64,000 nt of DNA, from positions 58,210 through 122,209 of the forward strand of contig JAZNCE010000124.1 in the NCBI GenBank assembly GCA_045587385.1. The letters run 5' to 3'. The notes under the pieces are model-generated. The model saw nothing but the letters and a program-made list of their open reading frames with translations, made no database searches and was not told where the DNA came from. Below are positions 30,838-38,805 of the stretch, piece by piece; position 1 is the stretch's first letter; every line of letters begins with the position of its first letter. A program made the position numbers and the translations under genes. This stretch comes from Eubacteriales bacterium (lineage in GTDB: Bacteria; Bacillota; Clostridia; Oscillospirales; CAG-272).

Positions 30838-31455
30838 ATGTATTATCCGCAATATCCGAGAGACGCCCTTGTACCTACCGTCATTGAACAAACCGGCAGA
30901 GGCGAACGTGCATACGATATTTTCTCCCGCCTGCTCAATGACCGTATCATTTTCCTGTCTGACGAGGTCAATGATGCAACCGCTTCTCTGATCGTTGCTC
31001 AGATGCTCTTCCTCGAATCGCAGGACCCCGATAAGGATATTTATTTCTACATTAACAGCCCCGGCGGTTCCGTGACTGCAGGAATGGCAATTTACGACAC
31101 CATGAAGTTTATTCGTTGTGACGTTTCCACCATTTGCATCGGTCTTGCCGCAAGCATGGGCGCATTCCTGCTCTCTGCAGGCACCAAGGGTAAGAGAATT
31201 GCCCTGCCTCACAGTGAGATCATGATCCACCAGCCCAGCGGCGGTGCAAGAGGTCAGGCAAGTGATATCAAGATCCAGGCTGATCTGATTCTGCGCACGC
31301 GCAAGACTCTCAACGAGCTGCTTGCAGAGCACACCGGACAGACCGTCAAGCAGATTGAAAAAGATACCGAAAGAGACCACTTTATGACCGCCCAAGAAGC
31401 TTTGGCTTACGGCATTGTTGACCAGGTAAAGTCGCATCGCGGCGAGATCAATTGA
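30838..31455 (+). CDS. clpP: ATP-dependent Clp protease proteolytic subunit
   Basis: [12 protein letters not shown], catalytic GLAASMGA, and IMIHQP. Confidence 0.97.
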   Translation: MYYPQYPRDALVPTVIEQTGRGERAYDIFSRLLNDRIIFLSDEVNDATASLIVAQMLFLESQDPDKDIYFYINSPGGSVTAGMAIYDTMKFIRCDVSTICIGLAASMGAFLLSAGTKGKRIALPHSEIMIHQPSGGARGQASDIKIQADLILRTRKTLNELLAEHTGQTVKQIEKDTERDHFMTAQEALAYGIVDQVKSHRGEIN

Positions 31456-31465
31456 GGTAACGCGC

Positions 31466-32812
31466 ATGGCGAATTCCAATAACGGTTCCCGCAGAGGGAG
31501 CAACGGGGATACTCCCTTTTGCTCCTTCTGCGGCAGACATGAAAGTCAGGTCAATTTTCTGATCTCTGCGCCTACAGGTGCTTATATCTGCGATTTTTGC
31601 GCAGAAGCTTGCAGCGAGTACGTTGAGGCGGCAGCTACCCCTTCGATTGATCTTGGAAAGCTGTCAATGTCCACGCTCCCGAAACCTATGGATATCAAGC
31701 ATGCGCTTGATGAATATGTCATCGGGCAGGACGACGCTAAAATTGCTCTTTCCGTATCCGTATATAATCATTATAAGCGTGTACTCTCCAAGAATGAAAA
31801 GCCCAAGGGACGCAAGAAAAAGGCTTCTCAATCCGATCAGGATTTCGTAGAGCTTCAAAAAAGCAACGTGCTTTTAATTGGTCCTACCGGTGTCGGTAAG
31901 ACCTATCTTGCACAGACACTTGCAAAAACCTTACAAGTTCCCTTTGCAATTGCAGACGCAACTACGCTGACCGAAGCGGGTTATGTGGGTGAAGACGTGG
32001 AAAACATTCTTCTCCGCCTGATCCAGGCAGCAGATTACGACGTTGATCTGGCTGAGCACGGTATTATCTATATTGATGAGATCGACAAGATCTCCCGTAA
32101 GAGCGAAAACAGATCCATCACCCGTGACGTTTCCGGCGAAGGCGTACAGCAGGCGTTGCTTAAAATTCTGGAAGGAACAGTTGCAAACGTTCCTCCCCAG
32201 GGTGGACGCAAGCATCCCAATCAGGAGTTTATTAAGATCAATACCGAGAACATTCTGTTTATCTGCGGAGGCGCATTTGACGGGCTGGAAGGTATCATCG
32301 GTAAGAGACAAGGCAATCAGGCAATTGGTTTCTGCGCCGATATTCAAAAGAAATCCGAGCGTCGTGACAGCGGCATTTACCGTGACGTCACACCGCACGA
32401 TATCGTCAAATATGGCTTGATTCCCGAACTGATCGGTAGACTTCCCGTCATTGTTTCCTTGAGCGATCTTGACAAAGATGCTCTGCTTCGTATCATCAAG
32501 GAGCCTAAATCCGCACTGTTAAAGCAGTATATCAAGCTGTTTGACATGGATAACGTAAAGCTGACCCTAACGGATGATGCTTTGGAAGCTGTTGCTGAGC
32601 TCGCCATCAAGCGCAACACAGGTGCGCGCGGTCTGCGTTCCATCATGGAAAGCATAATGATGCAAAGCATGTATGAAATCCCCTCCCGCGGTGACGTTGC
32701 AGAGGTGATCATCCATCGCGATTGCGTCGAGAAAGGTGCACTTCCCGAGCTGGTAATCAAGACTGAGCAGCTTGATGCTCCTCTCGACCTTTTGACAGAC
32801 GGTCAAGCATAA
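31466..32812 (+). CDS. clpX: ATP-dependent Clp protease ATP-binding subunit ClpX
   Basis: Zinc-ribbon CSFCGR...CDFC, Walker A GPTGVGKT, Walker [10 protein letters not shown]. Confidence 0.97.
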   Translation: MANSNNGSRRGSNGDTPFCSFCGRHESQVNFLISAPTGAYICDFCAEACSEYVEAAATPSIDLGKLSMSTLPKPMDIKHALDEYVIGQDDAKIALSVSVYNHYKRVLSKNEKPKGRKKKASQSDQDFVELQKSNVLLIGPTGVGKTYLAQTLAKTLQVPFAIADATTLTEAGYVGEDVENILLRLIQAADYDVDLAEHGIIYIDEIDKISRKSENRSITRDVSGEGVQQALLKILEGTVANVPPQGGRKHPNQEFIKINTENILFICGGAFDGLEGIIGKRQGNQAIGFCADIQKKSERRDSGIYRDVTPHDIVKYGLIPELIGRLPVIVSLSDLDKDALLRIIKEPKSALLKQYIKLFDMDNVKLTLTDDALEAVAELAIKRNTGARGLRSIMESIMMQSMYEIPSRGDVAEVIIHRDCVEKGALPELVIKTEQLDAPLDLLTDGQA

Positions 32813-32818
32813 AGCATT

Positions 32819-32852
32819 ACGACTCGTTACTGAATGGTAGCGAGTCGTTTTT
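32819..32852 (+). terminator. rho-independent terminator after clpX
   Basis: ACGACTCG...CGAGTCGT stem followed by TTTTTG. Confidence 0.65.
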
Positions 32853-32885
32853 GTATTTTTTCCTATTTTACCTGTTTTTGGTGCT

Positions 32886-32914
32886 TTGACAAATTGTCAG
32901 ATTTATGGTACAAT
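32886..32914 (+). promoter_or_regulatory. sigma-A promoter of the AraC-family gene, overlapped by a palindrome
   Basis: TTGACA-17 nt-TACAAT. The 13-bp palindrome TGACAAATTGTCA (32887..32899) overlaps the -35. Confidence 0.6.
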
Positions 32915-32950
32915 ATTAATGGGGGAAGATCATAATACTTGAGGTGAAAT

Positions 32951-33790
32951 ATGAAATACCAACCAAACCTTATTGCCCTTTTCGACGGAATCACACCGGG
33001 AGAGAATATGTTAACCATGATTCTGCTTCGCGCAAATTCCTTACACCTGACAATTGATCATACACAATGCTATCTTGACGGCACATACGTACTATGTTTA
33101 AAGCCGGATGAACACGTGAAAATACACAAAGGCAAATTTGAAGCATTGTCCTTGGGATTTTTGCCGTATTTTTATAATGTCAATTTGAATCACGAAATAA
33201 TCGGCACATCAAAATATACAGAATTACGGCAAACACACGGATTTCCGGACTTTCATTTATTTACCGAGCGAAGTGAACAATACTTTGGAATTATTCCCAT
33301 ATCTGCCGAGGGTTTTATTTGCATCAGAGACTATTTCAACAATATTAACCGCTACATCAAAAATCATGCGAATGACAGCATGTGGTCTTGTCATGCCAGA
33401 TCTGTGCTTATCTCAACGTTATATTACGCTGACAGCGCATACATGAGCAATAATGACAAAGAAATCAGCGCGGTTATCCTGTATATCCGAGAACACGTAG
33501 CATCCTCTATGAGCTTGAAACAGCTTTGTCTGAGATTCAGAACCAACCGCACCACGTTAAATCAACAGTTCAAGGATATGATCGGCATGACACCTATGCA
33601 ATTTGTGTTAGAAGAACGCTTGAATCAATCACGTTCGGAATTATTGTTTACCGCTCTGCCCATCGGTGAAATCGCTCTAAAATACGGTTTTTCTGATGCA
33701 AACTATTACATCCGCGCATTTAAGCGCAGATTTGGGCAATCGCCTCTGCAATACCGTAAAGAATGTCGCGCGAAACGTAATCAACTCTAA
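32951..33790 (+). CDS. AraC-family transcriptional regulator
   Basis: 279 aa. C-terminal double HTH (LKQLCLRFRTNRTTLNQQFK, IGEIALKYGFSDANYYIRAFKRRFGQSP). Lower GC than its neighbours. Confidence 0.85.
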   Translation: MKYQPNLIALFDGITPGENMLTMILLRANSLHLTIDHTQCYLDGTYVLCLKPDEHVKIHKGKFEALSLGFLPYFYNVNLNHEIIGTSKYTELRQTHGFPDFHLFTERSEQYFGIIPISAEGFICIRDYFNNINRYIKNHANDSMWSCHARSVLISTLYYADSAYMSNNDKEISAVILYIREHVASSMSLKQLCLRFRTNRTTLNQQFKDMIGMTPMQFVLEERLNQSRSELLFTALPIGEIALKYGFSDANYYIRAFKRRFGQSPLQYRKECRAKRNQL

Positions 33791-33793
33791 ATG

Positions 33794-33823
33794 CAGAACC
33801 GCACCGAAATCGGTGCGGTTCTG
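33794..33823. terminator. bidirectional terminator
   Basis: CAGAACCGCACCG-AAAT-CGGTGCGGTTCTG 13-bp stem. Confidence 0.7.
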
Positions 33824-33830
33824 TGATTTA

Positions 33831-34661
33831 TTATGAGCAACCGCAGTTCCCTGCGCGATCCCCCTTGAATTCGCCATTATAACCGGGAGGGCAAAATTCA
33901 GCCGAAGGAAAAGGCATATGACGGAATACGCTGCAAGGATCAGAGCTATCGTTGCTGATGCACTCCTTATCGGGCACGCAGTATTCGGTCGCCTGAAGCA
34001 AATATTGTGCGGGTCTTACAAGACGAATAACCGAGAACAAGCCAAAGGAAACGGCGAGATATCTGCGGTATTCATCATCTCCGCCCAGCATCTGACCAAG
34101 ATCGGCACATACACCGTCGGGAATATCGCAGGAGCAGCAGCAACAGCAGCAGCAATCCTGAACGTTCTCCACAACCTTAACACCAAGCACGATAGGGTCA
34201 ACTACCTCGATCACAGCCTGCGGCACGTTTCTCTCACCGCAGACGGGTACGGGGCGAGCACAGAATTCGTCAGAGCATTTGCCCGACTTGAAAATACTGA
34301 CGTTGCTTTCACTACCGTACAGTACGACGTTCTTTTCAAGAACGGCAATCCCTTGGAACTCCTGCGCCCTTGCGTTAATGCACGCCTCAAGAGTCAGCTT
34401 GATATAAAAGCGAATGGTGACGGTATAAAACCCACGGTTAAACTGTACGGGCTCGACCGTAATATTCGTCCAGCCAATCTCAGCACATTTCACGCGAATA
34501 TTCGACGTGTGCTCAATGATCTCCTGCCCGTAATCGGTCAGATATACGCGTACGTTCTCAAAGCAATCACGATCCCTGCAGGAATCCAGAATTCTGTTGG
34601 TTTCAATACAAACAGTTTCCTTAGCATGGCAGGAATTGTTTGCAAATCTGTTATCAGACAT
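33831..34661 (-). CDS. cysteine-rich protein with poly-Cys tract (candidate spore coat/exosporium component)
   Basis: 276 aa starting at MSDNRF, 6 nt after GGAGGTG. 24 Cys, including DCCCCCCCSCD and a C-terminal NCGCS. The track ORF extends to 34766 with no RBS. Confidence 0.65.
   Translation of the reverse strand: MSDNRFANNSCHAKETVCIETNRILDSCRDRDCFENVRVYLTDYGQEIIEHTSNIRVKCAEIGWTNITVEPVQFNRGFYTVTIRFYIKLTLEACINARAQEFQGIAVLEKNVVLYGSESNVSIFKSGKCSDEFCARPVPVCGERNVPQAVIEVVDPIVLGVKVVENVQDCCCCCCCSCDIPDGVCADLGQMLGGDDEYRRYLAVSFGLFSVIRLVRPAQYLLQATEYCVPDKECISNDSSDPCSVFRHMPFPSAEFCPPGYNGEFKGDRAGNCGCS
34128..34154 (-). repeat. imperfect (TGC)n / (GCA)n triplet repeat encoding the poly-Cys run
   Basis: Plus strand reads GCA GGA GCA GCA GCA ACA GCA GCA GCA, in frame with the CDS. 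Confidence 0.9.
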
Positions 34662-34764
34662 AGTAACACCTCCGTAGTTTAGAAGCAGAAATGCTTCTTC
34701 CCTAATATGGTATGCACACGTGACGATTTTTGACAGCGCAAAACAAAATGATCTTATATACGAC

Positions 34765-34791
34765 AAAAAAGCAACCGCTGTCAGCGGTTGC
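34765..34791 (-). terminator. rho-independent terminator after the membrane-protein gene
   Basis: Minus strand reads GCAACCGCTG-A-CAGCGGTTGC followed by TTTTTT. Confidence 0.7.
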
Positions 34792-34798
34792 TTTCGGT

Positions 34799-35578
34799 TT
34801 ATTCTGATTTAGGCATCTTCTCATCAAGCTTTATCAAAATAAAGGTGGCGATGCAGTAGCATACCCAAGCCATGATGGCATAGAAAACCAACTCCATAAT
34901 TTGAAAGCCGATGTATTCCCAAAAATTAAGCTTAATTAAATTCATGGCGGCGTAATAGACGTATTGCACTGCAAACATCGCCCAATACGTGGCTGCAGCG
35001 ACAAGAACACCCACCTGTACAGGATTTTTCATGCTGACGAATTTGCTGAACGGAAAAGCAATGCTTCTTGGATCCAGCAGCTCATCACCCATGATTTTTG
35101 CCTTGCGGTTATAATCGTTGCGCGCCGCCTCACGTTTAGCAAGCAGCTTAGCGGTCACAAATCCCACAATAAACAAACGCAGGCAATCCAGCAGAATATA
35201 CAGTACCAAGCTCTCCAGCGCCATGCGCAGCCAGTCCTCCACCGTTTCGGGCAGCGTTCCGGGATAGATCGCCCAGCCAATTCCTAATATTGCTACGCGA
35301 TGGAGAACCGTAATAGCAAAAAACGCTGAGAATACGGTGGTCATATTGCGAGCTCCCACGGCATAGATACCGTAGATCACGACTGCCGACGCAAACGCAA
35401 ACGTAAACACATCGACGATGGCAGTAACAATGTCCAACGCGATCGCCCACAAGCCGTCTTGGAACAGAACGTCACTGTTCAAGAATCTGGCTGCCGTGGA
35501 CAAACCGATCAGCAGCAGCATGAATCCGCCGTAGCCGAACAGCATCCATTTCAGAAGTTTTTGTTTATATATAACCAT
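34799..35578 (-). CDS. multi-pass membrane protein, unknown function
   Basis: 259 aa with about 6-7 hydrophobic helices. No family recognised. Confidence 0.6.
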   Translation of the reverse strand: MVIYKQKLLKWMLFGYGGFMLLLIGLSTAARFLNSDVLFQDGLWAIALDIVTAIVDVFTFAFASAVVIYGIYAVGARNMTTVFSAFFAITVLHRVAILGIGWAIYPGTLPETVEDWLRMALESLVLYILLDCLRLFIVGFVTAKLLAKREAARNDYNRKAKIMGDELLDPRSIAFPFSKFVSMKNPVQVGVLVAAATYWAMFAVQYVYYAAMNLIKLNFWEYIGFQIMELVFYAIMAWVCYCIATFILIKLDEKMPKSE

Positions 35579-35721
35579 GTTTCAATTCCCTTTCAAATAT
35601 ATGTATACAGTATACCATATTACCCAAAAAAATGCTACAGTTAAATGTAAATATTTTGCAATACCGGATTAAAACGCAAAGGTGCGGCATATGCTGGAAT
35701 ATCAGATCAAGGAGGTGGCAT

Positions 35722-36132
35722 ATGTACGTTGCATTTGGCTCCGGTAACAAACAAATCATCATATATAATGCGGACAAGCGTCCGGACGTTGACGTCATGT
35801 TATCTCGCATAGCTTCATCCTACAAGGCAATGCTTGCCGCGGGCTATCCGAACATAGCACGCGTTGAACGTGGCTGTAAATTGATTTTTACAAGCGACAT
35901 GCCTATTTGTGGTGCTCTTAAGATATATATCACTTCGCGTCCTCATGGTATCTATACGGATGTGCAAGCATATCACAAGCAGCTTGCACGGGTGCTGTAT
36001 TCAGCCACGGGATTTGACGTGCTTCAAACAAGCGGCAGTGATGCCGATCTGGAGATCGGTATCGGAAACATGGATGCCGGCACACAAGGATACGTGATGC
36101 TGAAGGATGCGATCCTGGAATTCGCCTTTTAA
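35722..36132 (+). CDS. hypothetical protein (136 aa)
   Basis: Start MYVAFGSG lies 6 nt after AAGGAGGTGG. The track ORF begins upstream at 35632 without an RBS. Confidence 0.5.
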   Translation: MYVAFGSGNKQIIIYNADKRPDVDVMLSRIASSYKAMLAAGYPNIARVERGCKLIFTSDMPICGALKIYITSRPHGIYTDVQAYHKQLARVLYSATGFDVLQTSGSDADLEIGIGNMDAGTQGYVMLKDAILEFAF

Positions 36133-36177
36133 GGCATCATGGGCACAAATATTTTTCTGTTTTTTTTCAAAAAGGGG

Positions 36178-36206
36178 TTGCATTTCAGTTGCGTTTGTGG
36201 TATAAT
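36178..36206 (+). promoter_or_regulatory. sigma-A promoter of tRNA-Val
   Basis: TTGCAT-17 nt-TATAAT, with the -10 ending 11 nt before the tRNA 5' end. Confidence 0.7.
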
Positions 36207-36217
36207 ACCAAACGTTC

Positions 36218-36294
36218 GGAGGCGTAGCTCAGTTGGTCAGAGCGCACGGTTCACATCCGTGAGGTCATGGGTTCGAGCCCCCTCGTCTCCACCA
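36218..36294 (+). tRNA. tRNA-Val (anticodon CAC), CCA encoded
   Basis: Cloverleaf folded by hand. Acceptor GGAGGCG/CGTCTCC, D-arm GCTC/GAGC, anticodon stem CACGG/CCGTG with loop TTCACAT, T-loop TTCGAGC, and 3' ACCA. One T50-C64 mismatch in the T-stem. Confidence 0.85.
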
Positions 36295-36296
36295 AT

Positions 36297-36337
36297 AAAA
36301 ACAGAACATTTGTCAGTAGACAAATGTTCTGTTTTTG
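36297..36337. terminator. bidirectional terminator
   Basis: AAAA-ACAGAACATTTGTC-AGTA-GACAAATGTTCTGT-TTTTT, a 14-bp stem. Confidence 0.8.
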
Positions 36338-36412
36338 TTTATCCAAGCCGCAGGCTTGGTATATCATCACCACTCGAAGTATACTATGAGCCAAAAGAAG
36401 CAGTCACCGCAA

Positions 36413-36814
36413 TCACTTATTAGAGAACAATTCCGGATTGTATCTGTAAATATCCTGGCTATCAATATCCACATCAGGAATAATTACAGGCAAAATTCCC
36501 GTGGCGGAAGTCATGGTGGAAACCGCTGCCCTTGCAAACGGATACAGCTGCTTAAAGGATTCCTTATGCAGGAGCTCTTTATCCTGTTCCGCCACAATTT
36601 CAAAAATACCTACCAGCGTCAAGTCCATTTTAAACGTATCGGGATTGTCCCGGTCACAAACAGAAACCTTCATTTCCGCTCTGCAGGTATTGTTCGTGCC
36701 AAACTTGACTTGATACGTATACTTTGTCTCCAGCTTTGTCTTGCCGCTTGTCGTAGCATGATTTTGAAACTGAATATCCGTAATCCTATAAGTCTTTAGT
36801 ACAAGTGCTTTCAT
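36413..36814 (-). CDS. SecB-like chaperone family protein
   Basis: 133 aa from MKALVLK, after an AAGGAG RBS. Aligns by eye along E. coli SecB: LKTYRITDIQFQ vs IQRIYTKDISFE; LVGIFEI vs QGGIFSI; QLYPFARAAVSTMTSATGILPVIIPDVDI vs [29 protein letters not shown]. Confidence 0.65.
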   Translation of the reverse strand: MKALVLKTYRITDIQFQNHATTSGKTKLETKYTYQVKFGTNNTCRAEMKVSVCDRDNPDTFKMDLTLVGIFEIVAEQDKELLHKESFKQLYPFARAAVSTMTSATGILPVIIPDVDIDSQDIYRYNPELFSNK

Positions 36815-36833
36815 ATCTTCTCCTTTTATGATG

Positions 36834-36859
36834 AAAAAAGAGGCATACGCCTCTTTTTT
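36834..36859 (-). terminator. intra-cassette stem-loop between the P-loop and SecB-like genes
   Basis: AAAAAAGAGGC-(4 nt)-GCCTCTTTTTT. The U-tract ends about 20 nt before the SecB-like start codon. Confidence 0.6.
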
Positions 36860-36883
36860 CATTAAGACATTTTGTCGTATGAC

Positions 36884-37291
36884 TTACAGATACTTCTTGA
36901 TGGTATCGGAAGCCTCTTCTACAGGCAGAGAGGAAGTCATCACAACGTTGACGTTCATCTTGGAGCAGAGCTCGTCAACAGCAAGAACCATCTTCTCAAA
37001 TGCAGCAACGTCTTCGTTGCAGATCTTGAGTGCGGAGTCCACGAACAAATCGGAAACGTCGTGGTTGCTTGCAAGAATACCTGCGATGAAGCCATACAGA
37101 GCTTCTGCATCGAATACAAGGTATTCGTTGGTATTGATCAGTCTTGCCTGATACTTAACGTCGTATCTCAGCTTAACGCCCTTTTCAATGCAAACAACGT
37201 CGCCCTGGGTCTTGGAAAGTGCGTCGTTAACCATTTCAATCAAAGTCTTAGTTTTTCCGGTGCCTTTAACACCAATCAGCAATTTCAGCAT
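36884..37291 (-). CDS. minimal P-loop NTPase-like protein (135 aa)
   Basis: Walker A at residues 7-14 (GVKGTGKT). Candidate Walker B is VVCIE or LFVD. GGAGG RBS. Confidence 0.6.
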   Translation of the reverse strand: MLKLLIGVKGTGKTKTLIEMVNDALSKTQGDVVCIEKGVKLRYDVKYQARLINTNEYLVFDAEALYGFIAGILASNHDVSDLFVDSALKICNEDVAAFEKMVLAVDELCSKMNVNVVMTSSLPVEEASDTIKKYL

Positions 37292-37322
37292 ATGTTTAGT
37301 CCTCCATGGAATGCTTTTCTAT

Positions 37323-37351
37323 ATTATACAGTATTTTTTTGAATATTACAA
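37323..37351 (-). promoter_or_regulatory. sigma-A promoter of the P-loop/SecB-like cassette
   Basis: Minus strand reads TTGTAA-17 nt-TATAAT. Confidence 0.55.
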
Positions 37352-37366
37352 GACCTTTTTGAAAAA

Positions 37367-38704
37367 TTATCCTAATCTTGCTTCAAGTTTTTGCTTCATT
37401 TCCTCGTATCCGGGCTTACCAAGCAGCGCAAACATGTTTTTCTTGTACGCCTCAACGCCGGGCTGGTCGAACGGATTGACGCCAAGCATATAACCGGAGA
37501 TCGCGCAAGCCAATTCAAAGAAGTAAATCATGTAGCCAAGAGAGTGTGCGCTGCGATCCTTGATTTCAAGCAGTACGTTAGGTACGCCACCGTCTACGTG
37601 TGCAAGCAGAGTTCCCTGCATTGCGGTCTTCTTGACGACGTTCAGATCCACGCCGGACAGGAAGTTCAGACCGTCCACGTTCGCGGGGTCATGAGGAATA
37701 TCAAAGGTGACGTCGCTATTCTCAATCGAGATCACGGTCTCAAACAGATTGCGCACGCCGTCCTGGATGTACTGACCCAGCGAGTGCAGGTCGGTAGAGA
37801 AAATTACGGATGCGGGGAAAATACCCTTCTGGTCCTTACCTTCGCTCTCACCGTACAGCTGCTTCCACCACTCGTTGAACATCTGCGAATAGGTTTCATA
37901 ACCAACCAGAATCTCGGTTGTCTTGCCCTTCCTGTACAGAATATTACGAATTGCTGCGTACTTATAGCAATCATTATTTGCGATCTCGTCATCGGTGTAT
38001 GCAAGTCTTGCATCGTTTGCGCCCTGCATCAGTGCATCAATGTCAATGCCTGCAACTGCGATGGGAAGAAGACCTACTGCGGTAAGCACCGAGAATCTGC
38101 CGCCAACGTCATCCGGAACGACAAAGGTCTGATAACCCATCTGATCAGAGAACGCCTTGAGCGTGCCTCTCTGACGGTCAGTGGTTACGTAAATGCGCTC
38201 CTTTGCTCCCTCAACGCCGTACTTCTCTTCCAGCATGTTGCGGAATACGCGGAAAGCAACTGCGGGCTCGGTGGTAGTACCGGATTTAGAGATGACGTTA
38301 ATGCAAACGTCTTTACCCTCGCAAATGCTCAGCAGCTCCGCAATGGATGCAGCGCTGATGTTGCAGCCTGCGAAATAGATGTCGGGAGTATCCTTTTTCA
38401 GATTGTTATACAGGGGGGATTTAAGATATTCGATCACAGCACGCGCACCAAGATAAGAACCGCCGATACCAATAACGATAAATACGTCACAGTCTTTCTT
38501 GATCTTCTCTGCGCACTGCTTAATAGCAGCAAATTCCTGCTTATCGTAGTCTTCGGGCAACGTTGTCCAGCCAAGGAAATCGTTACCAAGACCGCTCTTT
38601 GCAACAAGCATGTTATGTGCTGCAGTAACCTGAGGTTGAATTGCGGTGTATTCCTGATCCAGAATAAAACCGCGCAAATAGTTATCATTCAGTCGGATAG
38701 CCAT
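37367..38704 (-). CDS. pgi: glucose-6-phosphate isomerase
   Basis: 445 aa Gram-positive short-form PGI with [16 protein letters not shown] and GRFSVL motifs. Confidence 0.95.
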   Translation of the reverse strand: MAIRLNDNYLRGFILDQEYTAIQPQVTAAHNMLVAKSGLGNDFLGWTTLPEDYDKQEFAAIKQCAEKIKKDCDVFIVIGIGGSYLGARAVIEYLKSPLYNNLKKDTPDIYFAGCNISAASIAELLSICEGKDVCINVISKSGTTTEPAVAFRVFRNMLEEKYGVEGAKERIYVTTDRQRGTLKAFSDQMGYQTFVVPDDVGGRFSVLTAVGLLPIAVAGIDIDALMQGANDARLAYTDDEIANNDCYKYAAIRNILYRKGKTTEILVGYETYSQMFNEWWKQLYGESEGKDQKGIFPASVIFSTDLHSLGQYIQDGVRNLFETVISIENSDVTFDIPHDPANVDGLNFLSGVDLNVVKKTAMQGTLLAHVDGGVPNVLLEIKDRSAHSLGYMIYFFELACAISGYMLGVNPFDQPGVEAYKKNMFALLGKPGYEEMKQKLEARLG

Positions 38705-38805
38705 TTTTATACCGCCTTTATGTTATTTCGCCCACACGTGAGCGTCTGTCATTATTATACTGCATATCTCGGATTTTTTCAAGCCCCCGAAAGCGTATTT
38801 TTATA

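Noticed and set aside
36218-36294. Possibility that tRNA-Val is a pseudo-tRNA because of a T50-C64 mismatch in the T-stem.
   Set aside because: All other stems, the conserved T8, A14, G18G19 and T54T55C56 positions, and the CCA end are canonical. It also has a strong promoter and terminator. A single mismatch is tolerated in genuine tRNAs.
36139-36423. 94-aa ORF spanning the tRNA-Val gene. A 115-aa ORF at 60721..61068 likewise spans tRNA-Pro.
   Set aside because: The sequences fold into canonical cloverleaves with promoters and terminators, so the ORFs are coincidental read-through of RNA genes.
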